From assembly GCA_963812605.1 (NCBI GenBank), contig CAWEWF010000006.1, positions 320,001-384,000 on the forward strand: DNA of 64,000 nucleotides, in the 5' to 3' direction. Every line of letters starts with the position of its first letter. Positions within the stretch are counted from its first letter, which is position 1. The notes under the pieces are model-generated. The model had not been told where the DNA came from and made no database searches. It saw only the letters and a program-made list of their open reading frames with translations. Origin of the DNA: an uncultured Verrucomicrobiae bacterium. GTDB lineage: Bacteria; Verrucomicrobiota; Verrucomicrobiia; Palsa-1439. Made by a program: the position numbers and the translations under genes. Positions 1 through 9,723 of this stretch are shown piece by piece.

Positions 1-471
1 CGGCCAATTGATCGAATTCGTGCCGAGCGCGAATGCGCAATGGGATATCCAAAACCGCACGATTCACATGATAGTAAGTTGCTACCGGATATTAGTGTCG
101 GGTTTTATCTCCCCAAACCAATCGACAACATTCTCCAAGTCAGGGAGATTCGTGATCGATTGCGTTCTGCTGCTGTGCCGTCTCCTCGTCACTCTCCACG
201 TCATCAATCGATCGCGGAGACTTACTTCAATTGAATTGCGGGTTTCGAGCGCCTCGTTGCGGATATCCTGTTCGGAAAAATAACGCCCCGTGCCCTTGGA
301 CGTGCGAATGCGCCCGATCAACCGGGAAAGCAGGATGGCCGTACAGTCTAGAATGCCCGATTTTCCAGCCCCGTTGATCCCGACGAGAACGGAAGTCCGG
401 GCCTCCGGGAAGTTGAGCGTCATCTTCTCGATTCCCCGAAAATCCTGCATCGTCAATGTCTTAACGCGCAT
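1..471 (-). CDS. AAA/ABC-type ATPase (PtuA/AAA_21-like), frameshifted near 88 and running off the window
   Basis: N-terminus MRVKTLTMQDFRGI, Walker A GINGAGKS. After a 1-nt shift it reads IPVATYYHVNRAVLDIPLRIRARHEFDQLA to the window edge. Confidence 0.75.
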
Positions 472-676
472 CTGTTTTCTCCTCTTCCAAAATCTTGGTT
501 ACTTTAGCCACAAGCTCCTCTTCGGTCAACGCGGCCGGGCCGCGCTCGCGGAGTTTCCTTTGCCATTGTACTTTCTGTAGGTCAGAGGAGATGGTTGCCG
601 TATCGGTATCGGTTTGCTTGCTCCAAAACGCACATGAGTTTAGCTGTTCACTTGACCTACGGCAAGCGCAAGTCAA
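461..676 (-). CDS. small hypothetical protein, start uncertain
   Basis: Charged helical C-terminus; stop overlaps the ATPase start by 11 nt. Confidence 0.25.
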   Translation of the reverse strand: MTCACRRSSEQLNSCAFWSKQTDTDTATISSDLQKVQWQRKLRERGPAALTEEELVAKVTKILEEEKTDAR

Positions 677-722
677 GCTTACCGCCTAGTCTCCACATCC
701 CTTGAACCCGCAATTGCCAACC

Positions 723-761
723 CCCTTCGTGTTCTTCGTGTCTCCTTCGTGCAATTCGTGG
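723..761. repeat. short tandem TTCGTG repeat (period about 9-11 nt)
   Basis: cttcgtgttcttcgtgtctccttcgtgcaattcgtgg. Confidence 0.55.
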
Positions 762-771
762 CGCTTCCACT

Positions 772-800
772 TTGACGCCTCCCCTCTCTGCGGGTATACT
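772..800 (+). promoter_or_regulatory. sigma70 promoter of def (likely leaderless mRNA)
   Basis: TTGACG-17nt-TATACT, 6 nt before GTG at 807, no Shine-Dalgarno. Confidence 0.7.
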
Positions 801-806
801 CTGCGT

Positions 807-1424
807 GTGGTTCTGGAAGTCACCAAATACGGTCATCCGGTGTTGCGCGAGAAAGGCAAACGCATCGAACGCGTCACGCCGGAGATCCGCCAGCTTGCCG
901 CCGACATGGTTGAGACCATGCGCGCCGAAGACGGGGTCGGGCTGGCCGCGCAGCAGGTGGGCCACGCGCTGATGCTCACCGTCATCGATGTGTCCAGCTC
1001 CGAGCGGCCCTCGCAGTTGATTATCGACGGCGAATCGCTCGACATTCCCACGTCCATGCCGTTGGTCCTGCTGAATCCCAAAATCATCAAGCCTGAAGGC
1101 GAGCAGATCGCGTCGGAAGGTTGCCTGAGCATCCCGGACGTCAATGCCGAAATTCGCCGCGCGGAAAAAGTGACCGTTCGCGCCCAAGGGCTCGACGGCA
1201 AGGAACTGGTTTTCGATTGCACCGGATTGCTCGCGCGCGCCGCGCAACACGAGATCGATCACCTCAACGGCATCCTCTTCGTCGACCGCATGGACGCCGC
1301 CACGCGCGTCAGCCTGGCCGGCAAGTTGAAGAAAATGCAGAAGGAAACGCTGGCCCAGCTTGCCAGGACCGCGAAACCGCGGCGCACGCTTGCCCCGACC
1401 AGATCGGGGCTAGTGCGCTCGTGA
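807..1424 (+). CDS. def: peptide deformylase
   Basis: Motifs GVGLAAQQVG, EGCLS, QHEIDHLNG. Confidence 0.96.
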   Translation: MVLEVTKYGHPVLREKGKRIERVTPEIRQLAADMVETMRAEDGVGLAAQQVGHALMLTVIDVSSSERPSQLIIDGESLDIPTSMPLVLLNPKIIKPEGEQIASEGCLSIPDVNAEIRRAEKVTVRAQGLDGKELVFDCTGLLARAAQHEIDHLNGILFVDRMDAATRVSLAGKLKKMQKETLAQLARTAKPRRTLAPTRSGLVRS

Positions 1425-1466
1425 GCCGTCCGAGGCCGTCATCCTGAACGAAGTCCGGCACCGAGT

Positions 1467-2276
1467 ATGAAATTCCTGCGCTCTGTCATCGCGTTGTGCA
1501 GCGGCTTCGCCACCTATCGCCCGTATCGCGACCTGCCGGTCACCACCTCCTTGAAGCATCTGCTCAAACTGATGACCCTGCTGGCGCTGGTGCTGGCCAT
1601 CTGCGCCGTCCCGGCCATTCGGGATGGAATGGATAAATTCGCGCAGCGCTTTGACCAGGGTCGCCCCGATTTTTCCGTTCATGACGGTAAGATCGTGACC
1701 CAGGCGCAACAACCCTATTCGTGGGGCGACGACAATCTGCGTTTCATCCTCGATACGACGGGTGCCGTGACCACCCCCAACTCCAACTCTGCGTATGGCG
1801 TGCTCTTCACCGCCGATAGCTTTCTGTACTGGATGACATTGACCAACGGACCGACTCCCGTCGTCAGCGCCCGCCCGCAAAGCCTGCGCGGATTCCCCGA
1901 TGGCCTTGTCGACGGCCAATATTTCCGCAATCTGACCCGCGCCTTGCTCTGGCTGGTGGTGCCGCTCGGGTGGCTGTTCTTCGTGTTGCTGGGAATGCTG
2001 AGTTGCCTGATCCAGGCGTACCTCTTCGCGATGGTGGCCTCGTTCATGGAACGCTCGATGCCCTCGCCGCTGAAGTTGCCACAACTGCTGAATATCGCCA
2101 TCCACGCCTGCACACCAGCCGCCATCGTCGTCACCGTCTACACCGCGTTTCGGCTCCACGACCTGAACCTGTGGATGATCTACCTGATTGTCTACGGCAT
2201 CTTCCTGATCGGCGCCACCAACGCCAGCCGTGATCCAGTGGAAGGAAGAAAACCGCGCGAAGATGATCTCTTGTAG
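1467..2276 (+). CDS. DUF1189-like membrane protein
   Basis: N-terminal TM segment, extracytoplasmic domain, several C-terminal TM segments. Confidence 0.65.
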   Translation: MKFLRSVIALCSGFATYRPYRDLPVTTSLKHLLKLMTLLALVLAICAVPAIRDGMDKFAQRFDQGRPDFSVHDGKIVTQAQQPYSWGDDNLRFILDTTGAVTTPNSNSAYGVLFTADSFLYWMTLTNGPTPVVSARPQSLRGFPDGLVDGQYFRNLTRALLWLVVPLGWLFFVLLGMLSCLIQAYLFAMVASFMERSMPSPLKLPQLLNIAIHACTPAAIVVTVYTAFRLHDLNLWMIYLIVYGIFLIGATNASRDPVEGRKPREDDLL

Positions 2277-2286
2277 GAAACAGCGC

Positions 2287-2385
2287 CAACGTCGAACGTT
2301 CAACGCCCAACTCTCAACGTCCAAAAATTTTGGTGGCACCCCGAAAGCTTTCGGGGCCTGTGTGAGTTGAACGTTGAGAGTTGAA
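2287..2385. repeat. degenerate heptamer (CAACGYY) array in inverted arrangement around a small hairpin
   Basis: caacgtc gaacgtt caacgcc caactct caacgtc ... ccccgaaagctttcgggg ... ttgaacg ttgagag ttgaa. Confidence 0.7.
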
Positions 2386-2414
2386 TCTTCCCCAGAAGTG
2401 GTCTCATAAACCTT

Positions 2415-2477
2415 TGGTGGCACAGGCGTCCCTGCCTGTGTATGGTTTTTTGACAGGCATGGAGGCCTGTCCCACCA
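2415..2477. repeat. REP-like palindrome doublet (GTGGCACAGGCGTCCCTGCCTGTG family)
   Basis: Two inverted units between convergent genes; related copies at 11221, 23667, 39912, 43589, 48285. Confidence 0.8.
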
Positions 2478-2492
2478 TTTGCGAGATCGCTT

Positions 2493-2870
2493 CTACACCG
2501 AAAAGCTCTCACCGCACGAACACGTCGCCGTCGCATTCGGATTGTGGATCTTAAACCCGCCGCCGATCATCTTGTCCTGAAAATCGATCTCCGACGCGCT
2601 CACGTACAACGCGCTCTTCACATCCACCAGCACCCGCACGCCCGCCGACTCGATGAGAATGTCCTTCGGCGTCGGCGGGTTCTTGTCAAAATCCATCTTG
2701 TACTCCAATCCCGCGCACCCGCCCCCTACAATCTTCACCCGCAACGCCCCATTCGCCACCCCGTCCCGCTGCATCAATTGCGCCACCTTCCGCCCCGCCG
2801 ATTCCGTCAGTCGAATCAGCTTCTCCGACCCAATGCGCGGCCCCGCCTGCGTTGGTGCTTCCGTACTCAT
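2493..2870 (-). CDS. iscA: Fe-S cluster assembly accessory protein (IscA/HesB/ErpA family)
   Basis: GGGCAGLEY and NPNATATCSCGESF motifs. Confidence 0.92.
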   Translation of the reverse strand: MSTEAPTQAGPRIGSEKLIRLTESAGRKVAQLMQRDGVANGALRVKIVGGGCAGLEYKMDFDKNPPTPKDILIESAGVRVLVDVKSALYVSASEIDFQDKMIGGGFKIHNPNATATCSCGESFSV

Positions 2871-2937
2871 TGTTGCTACTCTACCCCAGTTCGCGCCCCA
2901 AGTGAAGCCTGCTTCTCTTAGACGCATTTTCTACATT

Positions 2938-3008
2938 TGTCATCCTGAGTCCCGTCGTGCGACGGGATCCCGCAGAATTGCGGGACTTGTCGAAGGGTCT
3001 CTGTCGTT
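2938..3008 (+). repeat. TGTCA-family repeat arm with two nested palindromes
   Basis: tgtcatcctgag-[tcccgtcgtgcgacggga][tcccgcagaattgcggga]-cttgtcgaagggtctctgtcgtt. Confidence 0.7.
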
Positions 3009-3046
3009 TCCGATTGCGCGAGCGATCTTTGCCTTTTGTGATCTTG

Positions 3047-4200
3047 TCAAATGGCGTTTTCGAACAAATGCTTACGGGCAACGTCGAAAATGCCGGGCAT
3101 TTGTTCACGCCCCTTGACAACATCGGCTATCGGATAATACCGGTTAATCAAAGTCCGAATCTGCTCTCGATCAAGTGGCCTGTTGCGAGCCGACGACCAT
3201 ATCTCAACCAGTTCAGAGAGCATCATTTCAAAATCTAGAGTGATTCCGCGGTTCGCCTTCTCAAAAATAAACACATCGAGAGTAGGATGGACTCCAGTGT
3301 TCTTCTTGAGTAAAACTTTTAGCGGTTGAGTTAGATTCTGAGAAAAGCTTGGGCGACAGCTTCCTGCTTGGAGAAAACGATAGCAGGCTCATAGCAGCCG
3401 CCTTGCGAACTGTAGTATCCTTGTCTGCCAGCAGCTTCTCCAGAACACCAATTGCCTCGGCCTGCTGCGCAAAGCCGATCGCATAGGCAACGCACGCACT
3501 AACTTTTGGTTCGGTATCCTTACCTCTCCAATCCTTGAATGTCGCAGCGCTATGATCGAAACCTCTGATGACCGCATCGAGAATCATTACACATCGGGCG
3601 AGGGCTTTAGCCTCATTTGCACTCAAGTGTAAAACGCCACGAAAGCTGCGACTCTTCTTAGGAGGAGTCCTGCTCAGATACGTCGAGACTCGATGAGTTC
3701 CACCCGGATTTTGAATCTTTGGATCCATTTGCCGAAGGGTATCGCGGCAAGTTTGGGTTGGTCAATGAGGGGCAATTCCTCCACGAAGCGGGCCGGAGAT
3801 CCGACTCCTGCGGCTGTAACTGTAACCTGCTTGGCCTCTAACAAGACGTTTTTCAGTCGGGTAAATTCGGATTCGCGAGGGTCAGCGCTTGACCGGCATT
3901 GACGGATTAACCGACCAAGATAATCGGCGAATGCGTGGAGAATATCAGTCAGTTCTCCGGTAAATACTTTCTGCTGGAAATTAAGGCCACAGATTCTGTC
4001 GCTTCAAGCTCAATCAGGGTCAACGAACATCGGTCGGGCGGCTCTTCAATCACGATCTTTACTAAATCGGGTATCCAGCCTGATGCACCAATTCGGAAAT
4101 CGACTCCTGCATAGACATGCGAGGCAGATACGCGCAAGGAAGCGAAGAATTCGTCGTTATCTTTAGACCCATCAACTCGGAATAGATAAACGGTGGACAT
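3047..4200 (-). CDS. hypothetical HEAT-repeat-containing protein, fragmented by frameshifts
   Basis: Consecutive open segments 4200-3949, about 3958-3674, 3728-3261 and 3274-3047. HEAT-like AIGVLEKLLADKDTTVRKAAAMSL; lower GC than flanks. Confidence 0.45.
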
Positions 4201-4228
4201 GGCTCATTTAGGCAATAGTGGAAGTACC

Positions 4229-5638
4229 TTACTCCCCGCCCTTCCCTCTAATCCCGGGCTCCGTCAACGCGTGCAGATTAAAAATCTCATTCAGCTGTTG
4301 CTCGCTCAATCCCGATACTTCCCGCGCTACTTCGCGGACGGTCTTGCCTTCTTTGTAGGCTTTCTTGGCGATCTCGGCGGCTTTGTCGTAGCCGATGACG
4401 GGCGCGAGCGGGGTGCACATGGCGAGGCTCTGCTCGACCAGCGATTCGCAGCGTTCGCGGTCGGCTTCGATGCCCTTGACGCAGGCATCGGCGAAATTGC
4501 GCGACGCGGTCGCGAGCAGGTGCACGCTCTCCAGCATCTGCGCGCCGATGAGCGGCATGGCGACGTTCAACTCGAAGAAGCTTTGCAGTCCACCCAGCGT
4601 GACGGCGAGGTCGGCGCCGATCACCCACAAGCAAACCTGAATCAGGCTCTCGGCGATGACGGGATTCACTTTGCCAGGCATGATCGAACTGCCGGGTTGC
4701 ACGGGCGGCAGCTTCAACTCGCCGATGCCGCACCGCGGGCCGCTGCCGAGCAACCGAAAATCGTTGGCGATTTTCGCCAGGCTCACCGCGATGGTCTTCA
4801 ATTGCCCACTCGCCTCGACGCAAGCATCGCGCGCTGCCGCGGCCTCGAAGTGGTTATTCTCTTCGTGGAGCGGCACGCCCAACTCCTTGGAAAGCGTGGC
4901 AATCGTCCGCCGTGCAAATTCCGGATGCGCATTCAGGCCGGTGCCCACCGCCGTGCCGCCCAAGGGAAGCACGTCGAGCGTCTCAATGGCCCCCTCGGCG
5001 CGACCCTGCGCGTACTTGATCTGCGTCGCATACCCGGAAAACTCCTGGCCGAGGCGAATCGGCGTGGCGTCCTGCAGATGGGTGCGCCCGATTTTCATCA
5101 CGCCGTCGAAATCGCGCGCCTTCTCCGCGAGCGCGCCCTCTAAATGCTCCAGCGACGGCAGCAATTCCTCGCGGATCGCCTCGATGACGCTGATATGAAT
5201 AGCGGTCGGGAAAACATCGTTGCTGGACTGGCAAAGATTGACATGGTCGTTCGGGTGCACGGGCGACTTGTCGCCGCGCTTGCCGCCGAGAATTTCATTG
5301 GCCCGGCTCGAGATAACCTCGTTGGCGTTCATGTTCGTCGAGGTGCCGGAGCCGGTCTGGAAAATGTCCACGGGAAACTGCGCGTCGAGTTTGCCTTCCA
5401 CCACTTCCGTCGCGGCCTGCACGATGGCGTCCGAGATCTTTTTGTCGATGAGGCCGAGTTCGAGATTGGTCTTCGCGGCGGCGCGCTTGACGCGGCCCAT
5501 CGCGTGGATCAGGCGCGGCGGCAACGGCCAGCCGCTGATCGGGAAATTCGTCACCGCCCGCTGCGTCTGCACGCCGTAATAAGCATCCGCCGGAACCTCC
5601 AGCGAACCCATGGAATCTTTTTCAATACGGGTCTTCAT
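4229..5638 (-). CDS. fumC: class II fumarate hydratase
   Basis: TRIEKDSMG start, QTGSGTSTNMNANE, GSSIMPGKVNP signature. Confidence 0.95.
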   Translation of the reverse strand: MKTRIEKDSMGSLEVPADAYYGVQTQRAVTNFPISGWPLPPRLIHAMGRVKRAAAKTNLELGLIDKKISDAIVQAATEVVEGKLDAQFPVDIFQTGSGTSTNMNANEVISSRANEILGGKRGDKSPVHPNDHVNLCQSSNDVFPTAIHISVIEAIREELLPSLEHLEGALAEKARDFDGVMKIGRTHLQDATPIRLGQEFSGYATQIKYAQGRAEGAIETLDVLPLGGTAVGTGLNAHPEFARRTIATLSKELGVPLHEENNHFEAAAARDACVEASGQLKTIAVSLAKIANDFRLLGSGPRCGIGELKLPPVQPGSSIMPGKVNPVIAESLIQVCLWVIGADLAVTLGGLQSFFELNVAMPLIGAQMLESVHLLATASRNFADACVKGIEADRERCESLVEQSLAMCTPLAPVIGYDKAAEIAKKAYKEGKTVREVAREVSGLSEQQLNEIFNLHALTEPGIRGKGGE

Positions 5639-5645
5639 AAACACC

Positions 5646-5771
5646 TCAACTCTTAACAACACATCAACTCTCAACGTTTAATGTTCAACGGTCAACATTC
5701 AACCGCCCTTCGAGATCAAAATTCTTACCGTCACTTGAGCGTTGGGCGTTGAACGTTGAATGTTGGACGTT
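5646..5771. repeat. inverted degenerate heptamer (TCAACRY / RYGTTGA) array
   Basis: tcaactc tcaacgt ttaatgt tcaacgg tcaacat tcaac ... ttgagcg ttgggcg ttgaacg ttgaatg ttggacg. Confidence 0.7.
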
Positions 5772-6153
5772 CATTCTTTGCCGACTTTTTGGTACAGCCG
5801 AACGCAGTTGCCTTCGGGGTCTTCGAACTCGGCGAGGTGGAAACCGTATTCCAGCCGCGGACCGTAATGAAACGTCGCGCCGAGCCCGTCAGTTTCTTGA
5901 TAAAATGTTCGATGTCGCTGACATCGATGCTGAATTTGACGGTGTTCTTCTGGCGATTGACGCCCGTGAAATGCGCCGCGTCGCCCTGATGCAACGCGAG
6001 ATGGGAACCGTCCCCCAACGCGTATTCCACCCACCATTTCGCATCGATCAGCGGCTTGGCGAGGTCAAACGCCTTTTCGTAGAAGGAGCGCAGTTTCGCC
6101 AGTTCCTGCGCGTAGAGAAACACGACGTTGATCCGATTGACCTGCGGTTGCAT
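5771..6153 (-). CDS. VOC/glyoxalase family protein (frameshift near 5885)
   Basis: LRSFYEKAFDL and, after the shift, GFHLAEFEDPEGNCVRLYQ. Confidence 0.85.
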
Positions 6154-6162
6154 GGGCCGACT

Positions 6163-7641
6163 TTAATGCAAGCCGAAGACCTTTGCAGCCATTATCGAGG
6201 CGTTGACGAGCGGGAGCTGGTAAATCCCCAACCCGATCATCGCCACCATGCAGACGTACAGCGCCAGCCGCATCGGCTTGCTCACGGGGATCGGCGACGC
6301 ATCCTCCGCCTCCTGCATGTAAATCGCCCGTCCAATACCAAGATAGAAGTACAAGGAGATGACCACGGCTGCCGAACCGATGACCGCCAGCACGTAATAA
6401 TGCCAATCGGTCTGCGCCCGTTGAATGACCGCAGCGAACAATTGGAACTTTCCAAAAAAACCGCTCAGCGGCGGCACGCCCGCCAGCGACATCATCGACA
6501 GGAACAGCGCCAGCCCCAGAATCGGCGAGCGTTTGCCCAGGCCCGAGAAGCTGGCGATTTCGTCGCTGCCCGTCACCGCCGTCGCGGCAATGATCGCGAG
6601 AAACGCGCAGAGGTTTGTGAACGCGTATTGTCCGAGATAGAACAGCACCGCGCTCATGCCGAGCGCGTTCCCGGCGGCGATACCCATCAGCATGTAACCG
6701 GCGTGGCCAATGGACGAATAGCCGAGCAGTCGCTTGATGTTATGCTGCGGAATCGCGCCGAGATTGCCGTACAGGAGCGTCGCGCCGGCCAATACCAGCA
6801 GCAATGGCCCCCAAATGCCCCGCACCGGCAGCAGTCCGGCGAACAGCACGCGCAGCAACAGCGCAAATCCCGCCGCCTTGCTGCCTACCGCAAGAAACGC
6901 CGTCACCGGCGTCGGCGCGCCCTGATAAACATCGGGCGCCCAGATTTGGAACGGCACGCTGCCGATCTTGAAGCCGAGTCCCGTCAGCACCAGCAGCATC
7001 CCGAACGTGAAAGTCAGCGGCGGTTGCGCGCCAAGGGCCGAGAGGTGCGCGCTGAGCTTGTCGAAGTTCGTCGTGCCGGTCGTCCCAAAAATATACGCGA
7101 TGCCGTACACCGTGAAGCCGCTGGACAGCGCGCCGAGGATCAAATACTTCGTGCCCGCCTCCAGCGACGGAATCTGCCGCCGCAAATAGCTGGCGAGCAC
7201 ATAGAATGTGATCGTGACCAGTTCGAGGGCCACGAACAGCAGAATGAAATCGTTCACCGAGGCGATCAGCAGCATTCCCGTCGCGCAAAACATCAGCAGC
7301 GCGTAAAATTCCGCCACGCCCGACTCGATGCGCGGCGAAAATTCCGCCGCCATCACCAGCACCATCGTCAACGCCAGCAGGAACAGCCGTTTGAAGTACA
7401 GGGCAAACACGTCAAACCGATACATCCCGTTAAAGAGCGGCTTATCGATCGGCACGAGCAAGAAACTGTACGCTAACGCCATGGCCACAAACGCCGCGGC
7501 CATGTACCCGATCATCCGCTTGTTCTGAATCGGGTTGAACGCATCCGTGAGCAGAATCAGGATCCCCCAAATCGCCAGGAGACACTCCAACTGTGTTGCG
7601 TACAGGTGCATGATTCCGGCGCTTTCACTAAATCCACTCAT
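6163..7641 (-). CDS. nuoN: NADH-quinone oxidoreductase subunit N
   Basis: EAGTKYLILG, FKIGSVPFQIWAPDVYQGAPTP, KRLLGYSSIGHAGY. Confidence 0.95.
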   Translation of the reverse strand: MSGFSESAGIMHLYATQLECLLAIWGILILLTDAFNPIQNKRMIGYMAAAFVAMALAYSFLLVPIDKPLFNGMYRFDVFALYFKRLFLLALTMVLVMAAEFSPRIESGVAEFYALLMFCATGMLLIASVNDFILLFVALELVTITFYVLASYLRRQIPSLEAGTKYLILGALSSGFTVYGIAYIFGTTGTTNFDKLSAHLSALGAQPPLTFTFGMLLVLTGLGFKIGSVPFQIWAPDVYQGAPTPVTAFLAVGSKAAGFALLLRVLFAGLLPVRGIWGPLLLVLAGATLLYGNLGAIPQHNIKRLLGYSSIGHAGYMLMGIAAGNALGMSAVLFYLGQYAFTNLCAFLAIIAATAVTGSDEIASFSGLGKRSPILGLALFLSMMSLAGVPPLSGFFGKFQLFAAVIQRAQTDWHYYVLAVIGSAAVVISLYFYLGIGRAIYMQEAEDASPIPVSKPMRLALYVCMVAMIGLGIYQLPLVNASIMAAKVFGLH

Positions 7642-9182
7642 TCCTGTACCTTGGCCAAATCCGCCGGCACCGGGGCAGCGGCGGCAACACTGGGTTCGCT
7701 GTCCGCCGGCACAATCGTCGCCACGGTCTGCTTGATAATGTCGGTCAGCAATCGAGGGTAAAACCCGACGGTCAACAGGACCGCGAGCAGCAGCGCATAC
7801 GGGAATTTCTGCTTGAAGGTGACTGCGTCCTTGAGCATCGACCATTTCTCATCGAACGGGCCGAAGAAACTGGTCCGCACCGCCCACAGCAAATAGGTCG
7901 CGGTGACAACAATCCCCCACACCGCGCAGATGGTCGCCACACGAAATAACGTTGACCCCTGGTGCCACGCGCCGAGGAAGACCATCAGTTCGCTCACAAA
8001 GTTCGCGAACCCCGGCAATCCGCTCGATGCCATCACGGCCATGACCATGCATACGCCGATGAATGGGATCTTCCGCGCCAGACCGCTCAGGTCCGGCACA
8101 AAACGATTGTGCGTCTGGTGGTAGAAAAAGCCGATCAATCCGAAGGTCAGCGCCGCCATGATGCCGTGCGCGAACATCAACAACACCGCCCCGCTGACGC
8201 CAACGACATTCAGCGCCGCGATGCCGAGGAAAATGTAGCCCATGTGGCTGACCGAACTGTACCCGATGACGAATTTCCAGTCCTTCTGCGTCAACGCCAC
8301 CCAGCCCGCGTAGAGAATGTTGAAACAGGCGAGGACTGCCAGCAGGTTCGCCCAATGCCGCGCGCCTTCGGGCAGGAGCGGCAGCGCGAGCCGAATGATC
8401 CCGTACGCGCCAAGTTTCTTCAGCACGCCCGCATGCATCATCGATGCCGCTGTCGGCGCCGCAGCGTACCCGAGTGGTGACCATGTGTGAAACGGCCACA
8501 TCGAGGCGAGGAAACCGAACCCGAATAGCAAACATGGGAACACCCACAGTTGTGTATTCGTTGCCACCCAGTTGTGCTGCAGTTTCTCGATGTCCGTCGT
8601 TCCCCCGATCGAGTAAATCGCCAATAACCCGATCAACGCCAGCACCGCGCCCGCCGTCAGGTACAACGTCAACTTCATCGTCGCGTACTCTTTCGTGCGT
8701 CCATGCTTGCCCGGCGGCAGCGAACCCCACACGCCGATCAGCAGATACATCGGGATCACCGCCATCTCGTAGAAAAAGTAGAAGAAGAACAGATCCAATG
8801 TGCAGAACGTCCCGCTAATGCCCGATGTCAGGGCGAGAAACAAAATGTAATACTCTTTCTCCCGCTCATGGATTTCGCTGGAAACGAACGCCCCGCAGAA
8901 CGACACGAACCCAACCAGCAACAGCAACGTCATCGAGATGCCGTCCACACCGAACTTCAGCGAGCACCCATACGTCGGCAGCCAGCTAATACTCCACACA
9001 AACTGATACCCGCTCTCGTGCCGATCGAAGTTCGCAAACAACACCAAGGTCACCAGCAGCGACACGCCCGTGGCAAAGATCGCCAGCGCCCGAATCGCCT
9101 TCGGCTGGTTTGCCGGAAAGAGGAACATCAGAAACGCCACCGCGAGCGGGAGCAGGACGGCAATTGTAAGTAAAAAATCCAT
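7638..9182 (-). CDS. nuoM: NADH-quinone oxidoreductase subunit M
   Basis: GVDGIS, FYEMAVIPMYLLIGVWG, YSSVSHMG, GLPGFANFVSE. Confidence 0.95.
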   Translation of the reverse strand: MDFLLTIAVLLPLAVAFLMFLFPANQPKAIRALAIFATGVSLLVTLVLFANFDRHESGYQFVWSISWLPTYGCSLKFGVDGISMTLLLLVGFVSFCGAFVSSEIHEREKEYYILFLALTSGISGTFCTLDLFFFYFFYEMAVIPMYLLIGVWGSLPPGKHGRTKEYATMKLTLYLTAGAVLALIGLLAIYSIGGTTDIEKLQHNWVATNTQLWVFPCLLFGFGFLASMWPFHTWSPLGYAAAPTAASMMHAGVLKKLGAYGIIRLALPLLPEGARHWANLLAVLACFNILYAGWVALTQKDWKFVIGYSSVSHMGYIFLGIAALNVVGVSGAVLLMFAHGIMAALTFGLIGFFYHQTHNRFVPDLSGLARKIPFIGVCMVMAVMASSGLPGFANFVSELMVFLGAWHQGSTLFRVATICAVWGIVVTATYLLWAVRTSFFGPFDEKWSMLKDAVTFKQKFPYALLLAVLLTVGFYPRLLTDIIKQTVATIVPADSEPSVAAAAPVPADLAKVQE

Positions 9183-9224
9183 TCTGAATTCAGAGTTCCA
9201 ATTCGTTATTCCGATTCTTCAATT

Positions 9225-9260
9225 TGTCATTCTGAGCAGAGCGAAGAATCTCTGTCGTTC
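9225..9260 (+). repeat. TGTCA-family repeat arm containing the GIY-YIG stop codon
   Basis: tgtcattctgagcagagcgaagaatctctgtcgttc. Confidence 0.9.
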
Positions 9261-9568
9261 TTCGTCTTCACGTCTTGATACCAATCTTTACCCAAATCTC
9301 TCCAGTACGAGTTCTTCTCCTCAATCAACGCAACCTTTTTCGCCCTCAACAAACCCTTGATCCGCTTCTCGCACGCAATCGCGTCGCGAATTTCCCGGAA
9401 CTCCTCGAACCAAACCAGTTTTGTGCAGTTGTACTTCTTCGCAAACCCCTCAAATGACTTCTGCTTATGCTCCCAAACTCGTCTTTCCATATCATTCGTC
9501 ACTCCGACGTATATCACCCGTGAAGCGCTGGCCATAATATACGTCCAGTAACTGTGCTGCCTGGTCAC
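9227..9568 (-). CDS. small GIY-YIG nuclease (UPF0213-like)
   Basis: YWTYIMAS..VIYVGVTNDMERRVWEHK..FAKKYN..LVWFE..AIACEKRIK..KKVALIE..N. Confidence 0.92.
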   Translation of the reverse strand: MTRQHSYWTYIMASASRVIYVGVTNDMERRVWEHKQKSFEGFAKKYNCTKLVWFEEFREIRDAIACEKRIKGLLRAKKVALIEEKNSYWRDLGKDWYQDVKTKNDRDSSLCSE

Positions 9569-9723
9569 TCATTCACCTTCTCTGTTGTCTCCACCTGGAT
9601 TGTCATTCTGTGCCTGTCATTCCGCCCTGTCGTCATTCGGGCTATTTGTCTGCGCCCCCCGCTTTCATTCGGGCTCGTTGCCCCTCCACCCGCTGCCATT
9701 CTACCCGCTGTCACTCCACTCGG

